In this document: in pieces, positions 1 through 10,929 of the stretch
Layout: the number at the start of each line of letters is the position of its first letter
Numbering within the stretch: the first letter of the stretch is position 1
NCBI RefSeq assembly: GCF_009914755.1
Contig: NC_060931.1
Origin: the human T2T-CHM13v2.0 reference genome, Homo sapiens
Strand: one strand, 5' to 3'
DNA: 64,000 nucleotides
Notes under the pieces: generated by a model
Told to the model about the DNA's origin: nothing
Database searches by the model: none
The model's input: the letters and a program-made list of their open reading frames with translations, nothing else
Made by a program: the position numbers and the translations under genes

Positions 1-171
1 TAGCTGGGACTACAGGCACCCGCCACTGCGCCCGGCTAATTTTTTGTACATTTAGTAGAGACGCGGTTTCACCATGTTAGCCAGGATGGTCTCGATCTCC
101 TGACCTCGTGATCCACCCGCCTCGGCCTCCCAAAGTGCTGGGATTACAGGCGTGAGCCACCGCGCCCGGCC
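1..171 (-). mobile_element. AluY-type SINE, cut by the window edge
   Basis: Reverse complement reads GGCCGGGCGCGGTGGCTCACGCC...GATCACGAGGTCAGGAGATCGAGACCATCCTGGCTAAC, which carries AluY diagnostics. CpGs are largely intact. Confidence 0.93.
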
Positions 172-649
172 TGAAAGTAATTTTTAAAAAGTTTTACAAT
201 TGCAGCTTTAAGTAATCTAGAAGGGGAAGGATGAAATTGGAGTGCATTTTTAGGGCTGAGCAGGGTCATGTTGAGAAAGAGGAAGTAAATTTTCCACCAT
301 TGCAAAGTAGCAGAGATCAGTTTCACCCAATTTCCTGGCAATTATTTTTCGTCTGGGAGGTGGCAAGATCAAAAGAGGCTGAACACTAAGCCCTAAGTAC
401 TCCAGCTCTACTAAGATGACTTAGCAACCCCAAGTTGGTAAGGCACTGCAACTTGGTAATGATGTAGCTGAATTGCCTGCCTTCACGGAAATAGGTGGAC
501 TTGAGTAATTAGGATACACCAGTGGCAATCATGATGTACTAAAGCATAGAAAGTTCTCTCTCTTTTACAGTTAACTTGTGTAATCGCTTGTTTGTCCAAT
601 CTCTCTTTGGGGAAATCTTTCCTCTGAGTCGTCTAATTTTGGCATGAAG

Positions 650-1000
650 AAGATTCCAGGTGCCTGGCCCTCATTATAGACGCAAGATACCTTTTCTTTT
701 CATACCTTGGCCTAACCAGAAGGCTGGCATGAGACTAAAATATGACAACCAGATGCTCTCTCCTGGGATTGCAAATTTTGAGCCAGTAACACCAGGATGG
801 AAAGAAAGTTTGGAGAATATTCATCATAGTGACTCTGATGGCAGTAGCAGTGATAGCAGATGTCCTGGCTGCTGTTTCGTTCCTCTTTTCTTTCAGGACT
901 CCTTCAATTCCTGTCCATCTAAAGCCTGCTCCCTCAACACCGCCTTTGCCAACCCAATATTCTTCCAACAAATTCCCCTATGCTTAAGTCAGTCATAACT
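650..1000 (+). mobile_element. Old ERVL LTR fragment (LTR33/LTR16-like)
   Basis: Motifs ccagatgctctctcctggga..ttgagccag and a 3' end caacaaattcccctatgcttaagtcag resemble LTR33-class ends. Highly diverged. Confidence 0.45.
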
Positions 1001-1005
1001 TCCCC

Positions 1006-1230
1006 ATAACATACATATATACACATAAACATACATACACACATATATGAACATATATGTACATATACACATATACATATGTATACACATATATGTGTAT
1101 ATACATGAGTATATGAGTATATATGTATGTATATATAGTACATATGTGTATATATGTATATATAGTACATATGTGTGTATATGTGTATATATGTGTACAT
1201 ATATGTGTGTGCATATATATATGTATATAT
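1006..1230. repeat. (CATA)n/(TATG)n alternating purine-pyrimidine microsatellite
   Basis: Directly visible low-complexity tract. Confidence 0.95.
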
Positions 1231-1834
1231 CTCGCTAAGGAGATAAAGGCCATCTCCACTGTAATACACAAACAAACACAAACTCTCAAACCACTGAGAT
1301 CGAACATCCGTCAAGCTCATCGAGATGCAAACATGAAGCTAGACTAAATTTGATTTTTTAAATGATACAGAAAATATCACAATTCATTATATTTAAAAAA
1401 GTTAGAAATTCACTAATTTATTATAATTTCATATTTACTGTCAACAATTAGCCAACTATATAGTTATAATTTCTGTCTTAAATTCCATTTATTTAACAAC
1501 CCTTTTCTGTAATTAATATGAAGATTATTGAATCTAGAACTAGAGATATATAACAGGATTCCTGAAAAGGAGGATTTTTAACATGCAAAAAAGGTGTCAT
1601 TTAAAATTTGGCAGACACTTTTTATTCTAAGTGAAAACAGCAAAGTATACCTAAGGAGAGATTTTCATACTCTGCAAAAAAAAAAATTAGACTTCAGTGG
1701 TCGTTATTATATAAATGAAATACCTAGAGAAGGAACTTTTTTGTTTGTTTGTTTTTTATGTATTGACAAAGCATCCCTTTTCAATATCCTTTGTATGCTG
1801 AGTAGAATTTTAGATAGCACATAGGCAAGTGTGA

Positions 1835-1900
1835 AGTAGCAATGTATTGCAGTAATTGAGAGGGCAAGCTCTGGAGTCAGACTGTTAATGGATTCTGATG
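1835..1900 (+). mobile_element. MIR 5' fragment, interrupted by (CA)n and Tigger2
   Basis: gcaagctctggagtcagactg matches the MIR head. Confidence 0.6.
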
Positions 1901-1936
1901 CTAACACACATAAACACATGCACACACACACACATG

Positions 1937-2403
1937 TAGTTGACCCTTGAATGACATAGGGGAGGCTATGAACCCCCCCTACACAGTCAAAAACTTAAGT
2001 AATAGCTTACTGTTGCCTGAAAGCCTTTCCAAAAACATAAACAGTTGATTAACACATACTTTGTAACACATATTACAATTACTATATACTGTATTACAAT
2101 AAAGTAAGCTTGAGAAAAGAAAATGTTATTAAGAAAATCACAAGGAAGAGAAAGCATATTATCTACTAAGTAGAAATGGGTCATCATAAGGGTCTTAAAC
2201 CTCATTGTCTTCACATTGAGTAGGCTAAGGAGGAAGATGAAGAGAAAGGGTTGGTCTTGCTCATGGGTAGCAGAGGCAGAAAAGGTGGAGGACGTGGAAG
2301 GGGAGGCAGGAGAGGAGACACACTTGGTGTAAGTTTTATGGAAAGTAATCTGCATATATGCAGACCTGCACAGTTCAAACCCACGCTGTTTGAGGGTAAA
2401 CTG
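1937..2403. mobile_element. Tigger2a/b-like non-autonomous TcMar DNA transposon
   Basis: Termini (t)agttgacccttgaa ... cagttcaaacccacgctgtttgagggtaaactg match Tigger2 TIRs. Internal aaagtaagct.gagaaaagaaaatgttattaagaaaatca is typical. Confidence 0.85.
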
Positions 2404-2409
2404 TTTATT

Positions 2410-2540
2410 TATTGCTTTGGGAAATTTTCTTAATTGATCAACCCTCAGTTTCTTTATCTGTAATATAAAACTATTTGTAATATATTATCTGTGATATGGG
2501 AGCTATAGCGTTATTGTGAAGATTAAAAGAAAACATACAT
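2410..2540 (+). mobile_element. MIR core/3' fragment
   Basis: cctcagtttctttatctgtaa ... gttattgtgaagattaaa. Confidence 0.65.
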
Positions 2541-3431
2541 AGCTAAATATATTTTATCATTTTTATTAGGGGTTAAAAAAGCTCTTGGGAGGAATCTATT
2601 CAAGATTTCTAAATATCCCATTTGCAGTTCAACCATTATTAGGGTCTTTTGAATTACCTGTGATGGTCTTGATGGAGGTTCATTGATAGGGAAAGGGGAC
2701 TCATGTCTCTAAATGTGAATTCAAAGAAAGTAAAGGGAAGTCTATCAGGTGACACAGGATAGAGAAATCATTAATTTGGTTAAAGAAAATTTCATAAGCC
2801 ATTAAATTAAAAATGAGATTTTTTCCCTCCTATTTTAGTAGATTTGAATTATTTTATCTGAAAGAGATCTTAGTAAATACTTATGGAAATTAAGATAATT
2901 ATTCAATAAGAAAGCTGACTGAGCAAGAAATAGTTTGCATTGAATAACTGGTAAGATTTTCTTGAAGTTTTGTAAGGAATAAAAATCAACATCTCTTTGG
3001 TAAGTTTGAGCCATTCTTTTCAAAAACAATTTTTTGCCATTTTATATACAGAATGAATTTAAATGACTCATAAAGAAGGAATTTAAAAAAAACAAAAGGG
3101 AGAAAAAAGAAATGTCTTTACTGAGCTGAATAAGTAGTAAATTTTGAAAGTGAAAGCAGGACAAAATAATGGTCCCTAAAATAGAGGAAAATGTGCAGAT
3201 TTGAGAATACTAGAGGTAGAGATTTTTAAATATAATAACTTCTAAAACTAAAGTAAAATCAGCATAAAAGATAAGTGTTTTATGAAATAATAAGAAATAA
3301 ACTTTAGTGAATTAAGGACTAGCATATATTAATGTTATGTTCATAATGTTTTATCTTTGCACTGCCTCAGTAATTTTCTATTTAGAAAGAAGAAACAGTC
3401 AAAATATACCACTAAGAAATGATACAATATA

Positions 3432-3496
3432 TGACATGGTTTGGATGTATGTCCCCTCCAAATCTCATTTGAAAGGTAACTTCCAATGTTAAAAGT
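3432..3496 (+). mobile_element. MST (MaLR) LTR 5' fragment
   Basis: tgacatggtttggatgtatgtcccctccaaatctcat matches the MST LTR start. Confidence 0.75.
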
Positions 3497-3944
3497 TAAT
3501 CCCCACAGGTAAACTCTGATGTGTGTATATGTGGCGGGGGTGGGGAGGGGTTGTTAAGGGCCCAGTCTTCACTCACCTGGGCCGGGACTAGTCGAACAGT
3601 GGCAACAGAGCTCTGCTAGCACAGAGACTACTTATATATAGCTGGAATTATTTCCTTTTTCTTATGTTTTTTTCTCTATAGTGCTTTTAATAAACACATG
3701 ATTCTGTGTGTGTATGTCTCTACAAATATATATACGTACATACACACACAGTTTTGGCTGTTGTGCTGGAGTCATTTTCTATTTAGATTATGTCCATCTC
3801 ACCTGCAAGAAGAGCTCTCCAGGGATTGCCTTTAGATTACATATTTATTACTGCATTAATTCCATTCTTGAAAATAAATTCAACAATACTGAAAATCTTA
3901 GGATAGGCTCTTCATTTTATAATATTCCATTGAACTTTAGAGAA

Positions 3945-3946
<2 letters not shown>

Positions 3947-3988
<42 letters not shown>

Positions 3989-4214
3989 GGGTATATATAT
4001 ATGGAGATATATATATGGATATATATATATGGAGATATATATGGAGATATATATATGGATATATATATGGAGATATATATATGGATATATATATGGAGAT
4101 ATATATATGGATATATATATGGAGATATATATATATGGATATATATATGGAGATATATATATATGGATAGATATATATGGAGATATATGGATATGTATAT
4201 ATGGATATATATAT
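3947..4214. repeat. (TA)n plus GGAGATATATATAT/GGATATATATAT VNTR
   Basis: Visible tandem array of alternating 12-16 bp units. Confidence 0.95.
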
Positions 4215-4258
4215 GAATCCATTAGCATTGCTATAAAGGAATACCTGATAGTGGGTAA
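4213..4258 (-). mobile_element. MST LTR 3' fragment, in the opposite orientation to 3432-3496
   Basis: ccattagcattgctataaaggaatacctga..tgggtaa is the reverse complement of the MST 3' end. Confidence 0.7.
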
Positions 4259-5289
4259 ACACAAAAATATTTAAATGTTAAAAAATCAAAACATGTCAGA
4301 GAAACTAGAGGGGCTTTTAATATCTGTGTGGGCAGTGTTGGTATTTGACATAAGTATGAGGCCTAGCTGATCAGCTAGATCTCTTCATTCTCCTTCTAAT
4401 GCTGCTGTATGGGATTTTTGCTGAATTTGGAGAAGTGTAAGTGCAACAGAGTTTCGGGGCTTGCCTAGCAAGAAGAAACAGAAACAGGTTTCTCCAATTC
4501 TTCAGTTTCTGTTGGAAATAGAGGCCTGTAATAATCACAAACAGGTAGTCTTTACTGGCTTTTGAATGAGAAAGTCAAGTGAAACCGACTATAGCCATAA
4601 GCCAGATCTGTTCCAGCTTAACTATTGATTGGATTGGATCAAATCAGTCAGCCACTCATACTATCTGGCTGGAAGAAGAAAGAACATTCTGGGTGGAAAT
4701 AATATTACTCCAGGGTGTACAAACCTTTTAAATATAATACCAGAAAAAAAATACTGGTTTAACTCATTTCTTAAATACATATATATGGGTTTGAAAGTCT
4801 ATTAATTGTTTGTAAAACTTAATAACCACAGAACACACTTTTGAGATACTGGAGCCTGTTCTCCCTACCCTGGTTTCTGAATGCCTTGGCCTGCATCCTT
4901 CTGCACATTCTTCTACTACTGTAACATTAATCCCACCACCACCATTGCTCAAAGAACATGAACATCACATAAAAATCTGACATGTTTTGATTTTTAAATA
5001 TTGTATCACTTTTCATGACACAGAGAGATCACTAAAAATAGGTTTATGTGAGCTCTGAAGTACATAGAAAACTCCATTATACATTGATTATGAATCTTTA
5101 AATGATATAAACTTTATATTGAGAAAATAAATTATGTGCACCAGCATAAAACCTCTAACTGCAATAAAAAAAATACATATACAATGAAAAAGTAGTCTCT
5201 TTGCTATCACAGTACTTCACTGCATTTCCCTAGAAAAAGCTATTGTGTTAATATCTTGAATACTTCCAAAAATATCCAATTTCCATTTA

Positions 5290-5497
5290 AGTGCGTATGT
5301 GTGTGTGCGTGTATATATATATACACGCACACACACATACGTATATATGTAGATATATAGATAATATATATATGCACATATATAGCTATATATATAATAT
5401 ATATAATATATAATATATAATATATATGCGCACATATATACACACATAGGTATATATATAGATAATACCTATTTATATAGATAATATATATGTATAC
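5290..5497. repeat. TA/TG/CA low-complexity tract
   Basis: Directly visible. Confidence 0.9.
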
Positions 5498-5552
5498 AAA
5501 AATGGGAGAAGACTATACTTAACATTTTTAACTTTGAATTTTGTATTTTTTT

Positions 5553-5697
5553 TCCACCACACCCGGCTAATTTTTTGTATTTTTTAATAGAGATGGAGTT
5601 TCACCGTGTTAGCCAGGATTGTCTCGATCTCCTGACCTCGTGATCCGCCCACCTCGGCCTTCCAAAGTTCTGGGATTACAGGCATGAGCCACTGTGC
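5553..5697 (-). mobile_element. Alu fragment (left arm plus linker, AluY/Sc type)
   Basis: ccaccacacccggctaattttttgtatt...tgacctcgtgatccgccc...gggattacaggcatgagccactgtg. Right arm and tail are absent. Confidence 0.9.
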
Positions 5698-5699
5698 TG

Positions 5700-6130
5700 A
5701 ATTTTCCATTTCTTAATAAACGTTGGGGATATTTTCATATTAGCACATGTAAATCTACCTTATTCTTCTAGTAGTTGCAAAATATTCCAGTGGGTGAATA
5801 TATTATACTCATTTTAGGTAGTGAAATATTGATGGTTGTTTTGATTGTTAATGATCAGTTATCATTATAATCGAAGCTGCAAAATTTATTTTGTCCTGTA
5901 CAATCTTTGTACATAATGTATACATATTTTTTTCCTCAACATTCTAAGCATGATTGTGTATCATTAAATATTTCATCTTTGGCAATTCACTGCTCAAAAA
6001 TACGTTATAGGCAATTTAATTTGCTTTTCTTTATGAATTATAGTGAATAGTTTTTCATGTTTAAAATTAACTTTTTAAACGAACTCTGAATCCACAGTCT
6101 CTACCCATTTTCTTGTTGGCTTTTTAAAAA
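5700..6130 (-). mobile_element. Ancient L1ME-like 3' fragment
   Basis: Degenerate antisense L1M motifs (tattccag, ttaatttgcttttctttat, cccattttcttgttgg). Confidence 0.45.
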
Positions 6131-6292
6131 TCCATGGTTCAATATTTAAATAAGCCTTCATATTCCAACATTGAGGCTGCCTGCAACATGCAACATGACT
6201 GAGGAGTTTGCAGTATACTCAGGCTCTCAGGGAAAAGGCTCAAAGAAGTTAGCAGTGGCTCAGATATTTTTCCCCAAGTCATTACTAAAATT

Positions 6293-6431
6293 TTTTTTTA
6301 ATTTTCTTTTATTATTATTATACTTTAAGTTTTAGGGTACACATGCACAATGTGCAGGTTAGTTACATATGTATACATGTGCCATGCTGGTGTGCTGCAC
6401 CCATTAACTCATCATTTAGCATTAGGTATAT
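6293..6431 (-). mobile_element. 5'-truncated L1PA3-like 3' end (~140 bp) with 14-bp TSD
   Basis: tatactttaagttttagggtaca...gtgcaggttagttac...catttagcattagg. TSD tcattactaaaatt at 6279-6292 and 6432-6445. Confidence 0.93.
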
Positions 6432-7379
6432 TCATTACTAAAATTAATACAACAATTCAGGAAAGGTCAAATGACTTTTCTCTGGTATCATTTATATCTA
6501 TAAGGGGAAGTTCTGTGACATACTGAGGAAAAAATGTTGGTATATTTGAAATGGATTGTCAAGAATATTTTTTATAAATAAAGTTAACATTGCTATTAAA
6601 TATACCATGGTATCACAGCTATGTTGTCAGCACCAATCCTTGTGGCTTGAGATTAAGCATATGCTATTATTGCCAATTGCACACATGCATTACTTCTAAG
6701 TTTCCCAGCCAATAATCAAGGTTATCTTCATCATTGTGATAATGGAAGATAATCATGATTTAATATGACTCTTCAGGGAGTCTATCAAACACTTGGAATA
6801 TCACTTGTAGGATCCTGAAAAGATAAATGGGCAACAACTAATAGAAAATTGTTATTACAAGATGCTCTTTGTTTATATGAACGTTAAGTTCATTAGATAG
6901 CATCATACGTTTTCAAGAATCTAAAGCATATTATCAGAGCCTATATTCTATGTTTTCAAGATCTAGAATGATCAGAATATGAGGAACACCGATGTTTCAA
7001 AGACATTATATTTTTATAGTTCCCTCTGTGTCACAATCTTATATAATATTCCATAATCCATCACTTCACCTTAGTTACTATCTTGAACGTAAGGAATTAT
7101 TTTTGGAGGATAACCTGTCAATTATTTAGAAAATTATCCTATGAAAATCTATGAAGGTTGCCCGACTTTTAGATTGTATCTTTCTTGATTCACTATTGTG
7201 GCTGTTTCCTCAATATAAGCCACAATAATTGTTCATAAATGCAATGAATCAAGCAAAAAATATAAGTAATTAATAAGCAAACCTTAAAAATCCCACAGCA
7301 ATTTTCCTAAAGTAATGATTGGCTTATTATCTTTGTGGAGCCAGTACTTTATTCAAAAGTATCCCTATTCTTGTAAGAA

Positions 7380-7480
7380 ATACTTATGGCTTAGTTATCA
7401 GGCACTAATTTATGTGCTAGGACACAGCAATGAACACAGTGGGGAAACATCCCTACCTCATGGAATTTTCATTCAGTGAG
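7380..7480 (-). mobile_element. L2 3' fragment
   Basis: caggcact..gtgctaggacacagcaatgaaca..ccctacctcatggaa. Confidence 0.6.
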
Positions 7481-8585
7481 ATGTGATGGAAAGGGAAACT
7501 TGAATAGAATGGAATATTCAGGATGGTGATTTTGCTAAGAAATAACAATTCTCTCCAATATCTTCTGGAGATTTTTATGAGGGCAATCAATCTTCAGTAC
7601 AAAATCACAGAGTAATTCAAGATTTTGAAGCATAAAAAAAGATTACATTATATTACATATGCTATAGTTGGCAAAATCAGAGTTCAGCTTTTTTTCCCCC
7701 AAAGTTAGCACATCTTTATGTTGCCACCGTATGTAGACTGACATTACGCTCGCTTTGGCTTAGTTTGACATTAAAATGTATCAAAAATTTTATTTTAAAT
7801 GTCCCTTAATTGCCCAGTTGCCTTCTCACTCAGCACGGGGAACCACTTCCACTGGTTTCTTATGCATACTTCTAAAGATCATTATGCATACTGAAGTAAA
7901 TAAATGTTGATTGTTATCTTCTTGGTTGTTTTCAGCAAAAATAATAACATATATCTCGCCTATAATGTATTTTCTTTACTTATCAAAATATTGTAGACAT
8001 CATTTCACATTAATGTACAAAGAGTTTCTTCAATTTTTATAGCTCATGTGATTTCATTTTATGGATATATCATTTAAAAAATATTTTCCTGAATATATGA
8101 TATCCAACTATTGACACCATTTCAAGTAGGTAAAGGTATTGTATAATTTGTTAGTGGTATTTTTACTGTAATTTCTTAAAATATCATATTTCACATTTGT
8201 CTCCATCTTATTTTAATCTGGCAAAAACAAAATATGCTTCATAAACACTACTATTAAATTTGAACATATCAATGTTATTTTAGGAAATACGTTTGGATTT
8301 GTTGCTTGCACCTCACCTTTTCAAAATAAACTAACTATTGAAACTTCTCTCTAAAATGGAAGAGTGGAATTCAACCCACCTGGGGAATAACTGAAAAAAA
8401 GCTGGGATGGCAGAAGGGAAAATATAACTGTGCTAAAAGAGGATGAATTGAATATTAGGGGCTGGATAGAGAGAGATCTCTAATATCTATGACATAAAGA
8501 AAACAAAACTGATGGTGGTGGGAGGTCGTGCTCTACCATGGAAATTATCTTTTGAAAAACATTTTATGAATTGTTGAAGTAAAAA

Positions 8586-9174
8586 TGTTGGGAAAGGCTG
8601 AGTGCTGGGAGAAGCTGAGGCAGGGATTGCATGTCTGATATAATGTAAAAGAGTCTTGGAACATGTCCGGGGTCCAGGGTCTAAAACCCCTTGTGGCCTT
8701 TGGAACACCAAGCTCTGTGCTAAAGGGTGGAAGTCTACCCTGACAAACCATAATGTAAGCCCAGGGCATAAAATCCCTTGTGGCTTGGATAAAATCCAGG
8801 GTTCTTGGCTCTGGAATGTGTCTAGACTTGCTGGCTCCTTGCTTCTTGCTCTCCCAGGATCGATTGTATCTTGAGTTAAAAGAACCTGCTCTCCATTATC
8901 TCAAGTAGCAGAACATGTTCCTAATAAGTGCTAAACCATCACAGCTGTAGATCACAAGCCTGCCCTTTTGACCTCCACATTCTCACCACCTGTTTCTCTG
9001 TTGGATTACCAATAAATAGCGTGGGGTCCCAGAGCTTGGGGCCTTCGCAGCCTCCACGATCGCGATGGCCCCTCGGTCCCAGCTTTACTTCTCAAACTGT
9101 CTTTTTCTCAATCCTTTGACTCCGCCGGACTTCATCACCCCCATGACCTGGTGTTGGGTCTGATCACCCCAACA
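8586..9174 (+). mobile_element. ERVK solo LTR (HERV-K14/LTR14-like), 589 bp
   Basis: TGTTGGG...CCCAACA termini; 6-bp TSD taaaaa at 8580-8585 and 9175-9180; AATAAA near 9011; 3' end ctggtgttgggtctgatcaccccaaca. Confidence 0.88.
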
Positions 9175-9399
9175 TAAAAATGTTATGATTTTAACTTCTC
9201 TTAATGGGAAAAATACACAAGAATATGGAAGATCATGGGTGAAATAGTTATAATAAAAGAGCAGCATTCAGTGGAAATAAATATGCATTCATTGCATGGT
9301 TTTTGGGTCTTTCTCTTGCCCTTCTTTATTAGTATCCAGATTTATCTTGGGGAAATTTTATTAACACTAATTTGTCATGTACACTACACTTAACAAATG

Positions 9400-9795
9400 G
9401 TGTGGCAGCCATGCAGTTTGAGTAAGACCGAATTAACTCTTGACTCTGGAAGCAGAGTATTTCTTTACCAAAAATATTTGTTCCTTTTACCCAAGACTGA
9501 ACAATCCTCATAGAATTTGAGACTTTGGCTAGCAATACCATAACATGACTGTTTATTCCCTTCTCAACAGCGTGGAGTACAGACAGCAAACTTAGAACTG
9601 CAACAGCCATGTTGCCACCATGAAGGGTGCCACCTGAGCATGAAGGTGTGCACCCCATGGGGATCACAGTGAGTTGGCTCCAGAGCCCTGTTCAAACCAT
9701 GCCTGCGTATCATACTTTCTCTGAAATATTTAGGAATATGACCAAAATATACTCCTTAATATTCCATCAGTTTGCTTTGTGTTTTCTATTTCTTT
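9400..9795 (+). mobile_element. Old MLT1-type MaLR LTR remnant
   Basis: cagccatgttgccaccatgaaggg...tcaaaccatgcctg. Very diverged. Confidence 0.45.
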
Positions 9796-9956
9796 CAGTT
9801 TGGATGTACCCTCATGAATACAAATGAAAAAGAAGGGGAAGGGGAAGTTAGGAGAGACAGAAGAGCTGGAAGTTATCCCTGGTCTATTGCATAAATTACT
9901 TATTTAGAAATTCTCTTGAACTTCTCTGTATAATTCTTTTGAAAATGGACAAGTAA

Positions 9957-10292
<336 letters not shown>

Positions 10293-10560
10293 TGATTATA
10301 TATTACATTTCTGAATTGATATCATTATTTGTATCTTTATCTTTATCTGTATGCCTACATAAAACTTCCTAGTTTTCTTTCAATGCTGGTGTCCCTATGC
10401 CTTCAATTCTTTATCTTATTTTCCTTATACATCTGTATCACAATGAAGATACCTCTATAAGCTTTCTTTAATTTATGCCCTATCAGATTATGTTACTTTT
10501 CTATTAACTTTAATGGAAACTTCTCAGCTTCAAAACATTGTTTGAAAGTATTCAGTTTTT

Positions 10561-10929
10561 TTTTTTTTTTAACATGTGAACAAAAAACCAAACACCACAT
10601 GTTCTCACTCATAAAAAGGAATGAGATCATGTCCTTTGCAGGGACATGGGTGAAGTTGGAAGCCATCATCCTCAGCAAACAAACACAGAAACAGACAACC
10701 AAACACTGCATGTTCCCACTCATGAGTGGAAGTTGAACATTGAGAACACATGGGCACAGAGAGGAGAACAACATACACCAGGGCCTGTTGGGGGTCAGGG
10801 GGTGAGGGGAGGGAACTTAGAGGACGGGTCCATAGGTGCAGCAAACCACCGTGGCACACGTATGCTATGGAAAAAACATGTCCATCCTGCACATGTATTC
10901 CATTTTTTTAGAAGAAATTAAAAATAAAA
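10561..10929 (+). mobile_element. 5'-truncated L1PA (L1PA10-13-like) 3' end with TSD
   Basis: gagatcatgtcctttgcagggacatgg...gagggaacttagaggacgggtc. TSD gaaagtat(t/g)cagttttt at 10544-10560 and 10930-10946. Confidence 0.88.

Noticed and set aside
550-665. Possible exon after ttctctctcttttacag (570); similar acceptors near 52736 and 63962
   Set aside because: Isolated splice-like motifs are common by chance. There is no coherent donor or reading frame. lncRNA exons cannot be excluded without RNA data.
660-998. 112-aa ORF
   Set aside because: Non-ATG start, lies in an LTR-like relic, and shows no recognisable domain.
3947-4214. Regularly spaced repeats resembling a CRISPR-like array
   Set aside because: No unique spacers; it is a eukaryotic VNTR.
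3708-4274. 188-aa ORF and overlapping I/Y-rich ORFs (also 934-1347 and 5217-5447)
   Set aside because: Translations of TA-rich microsatellites that happen to lack stop codons.
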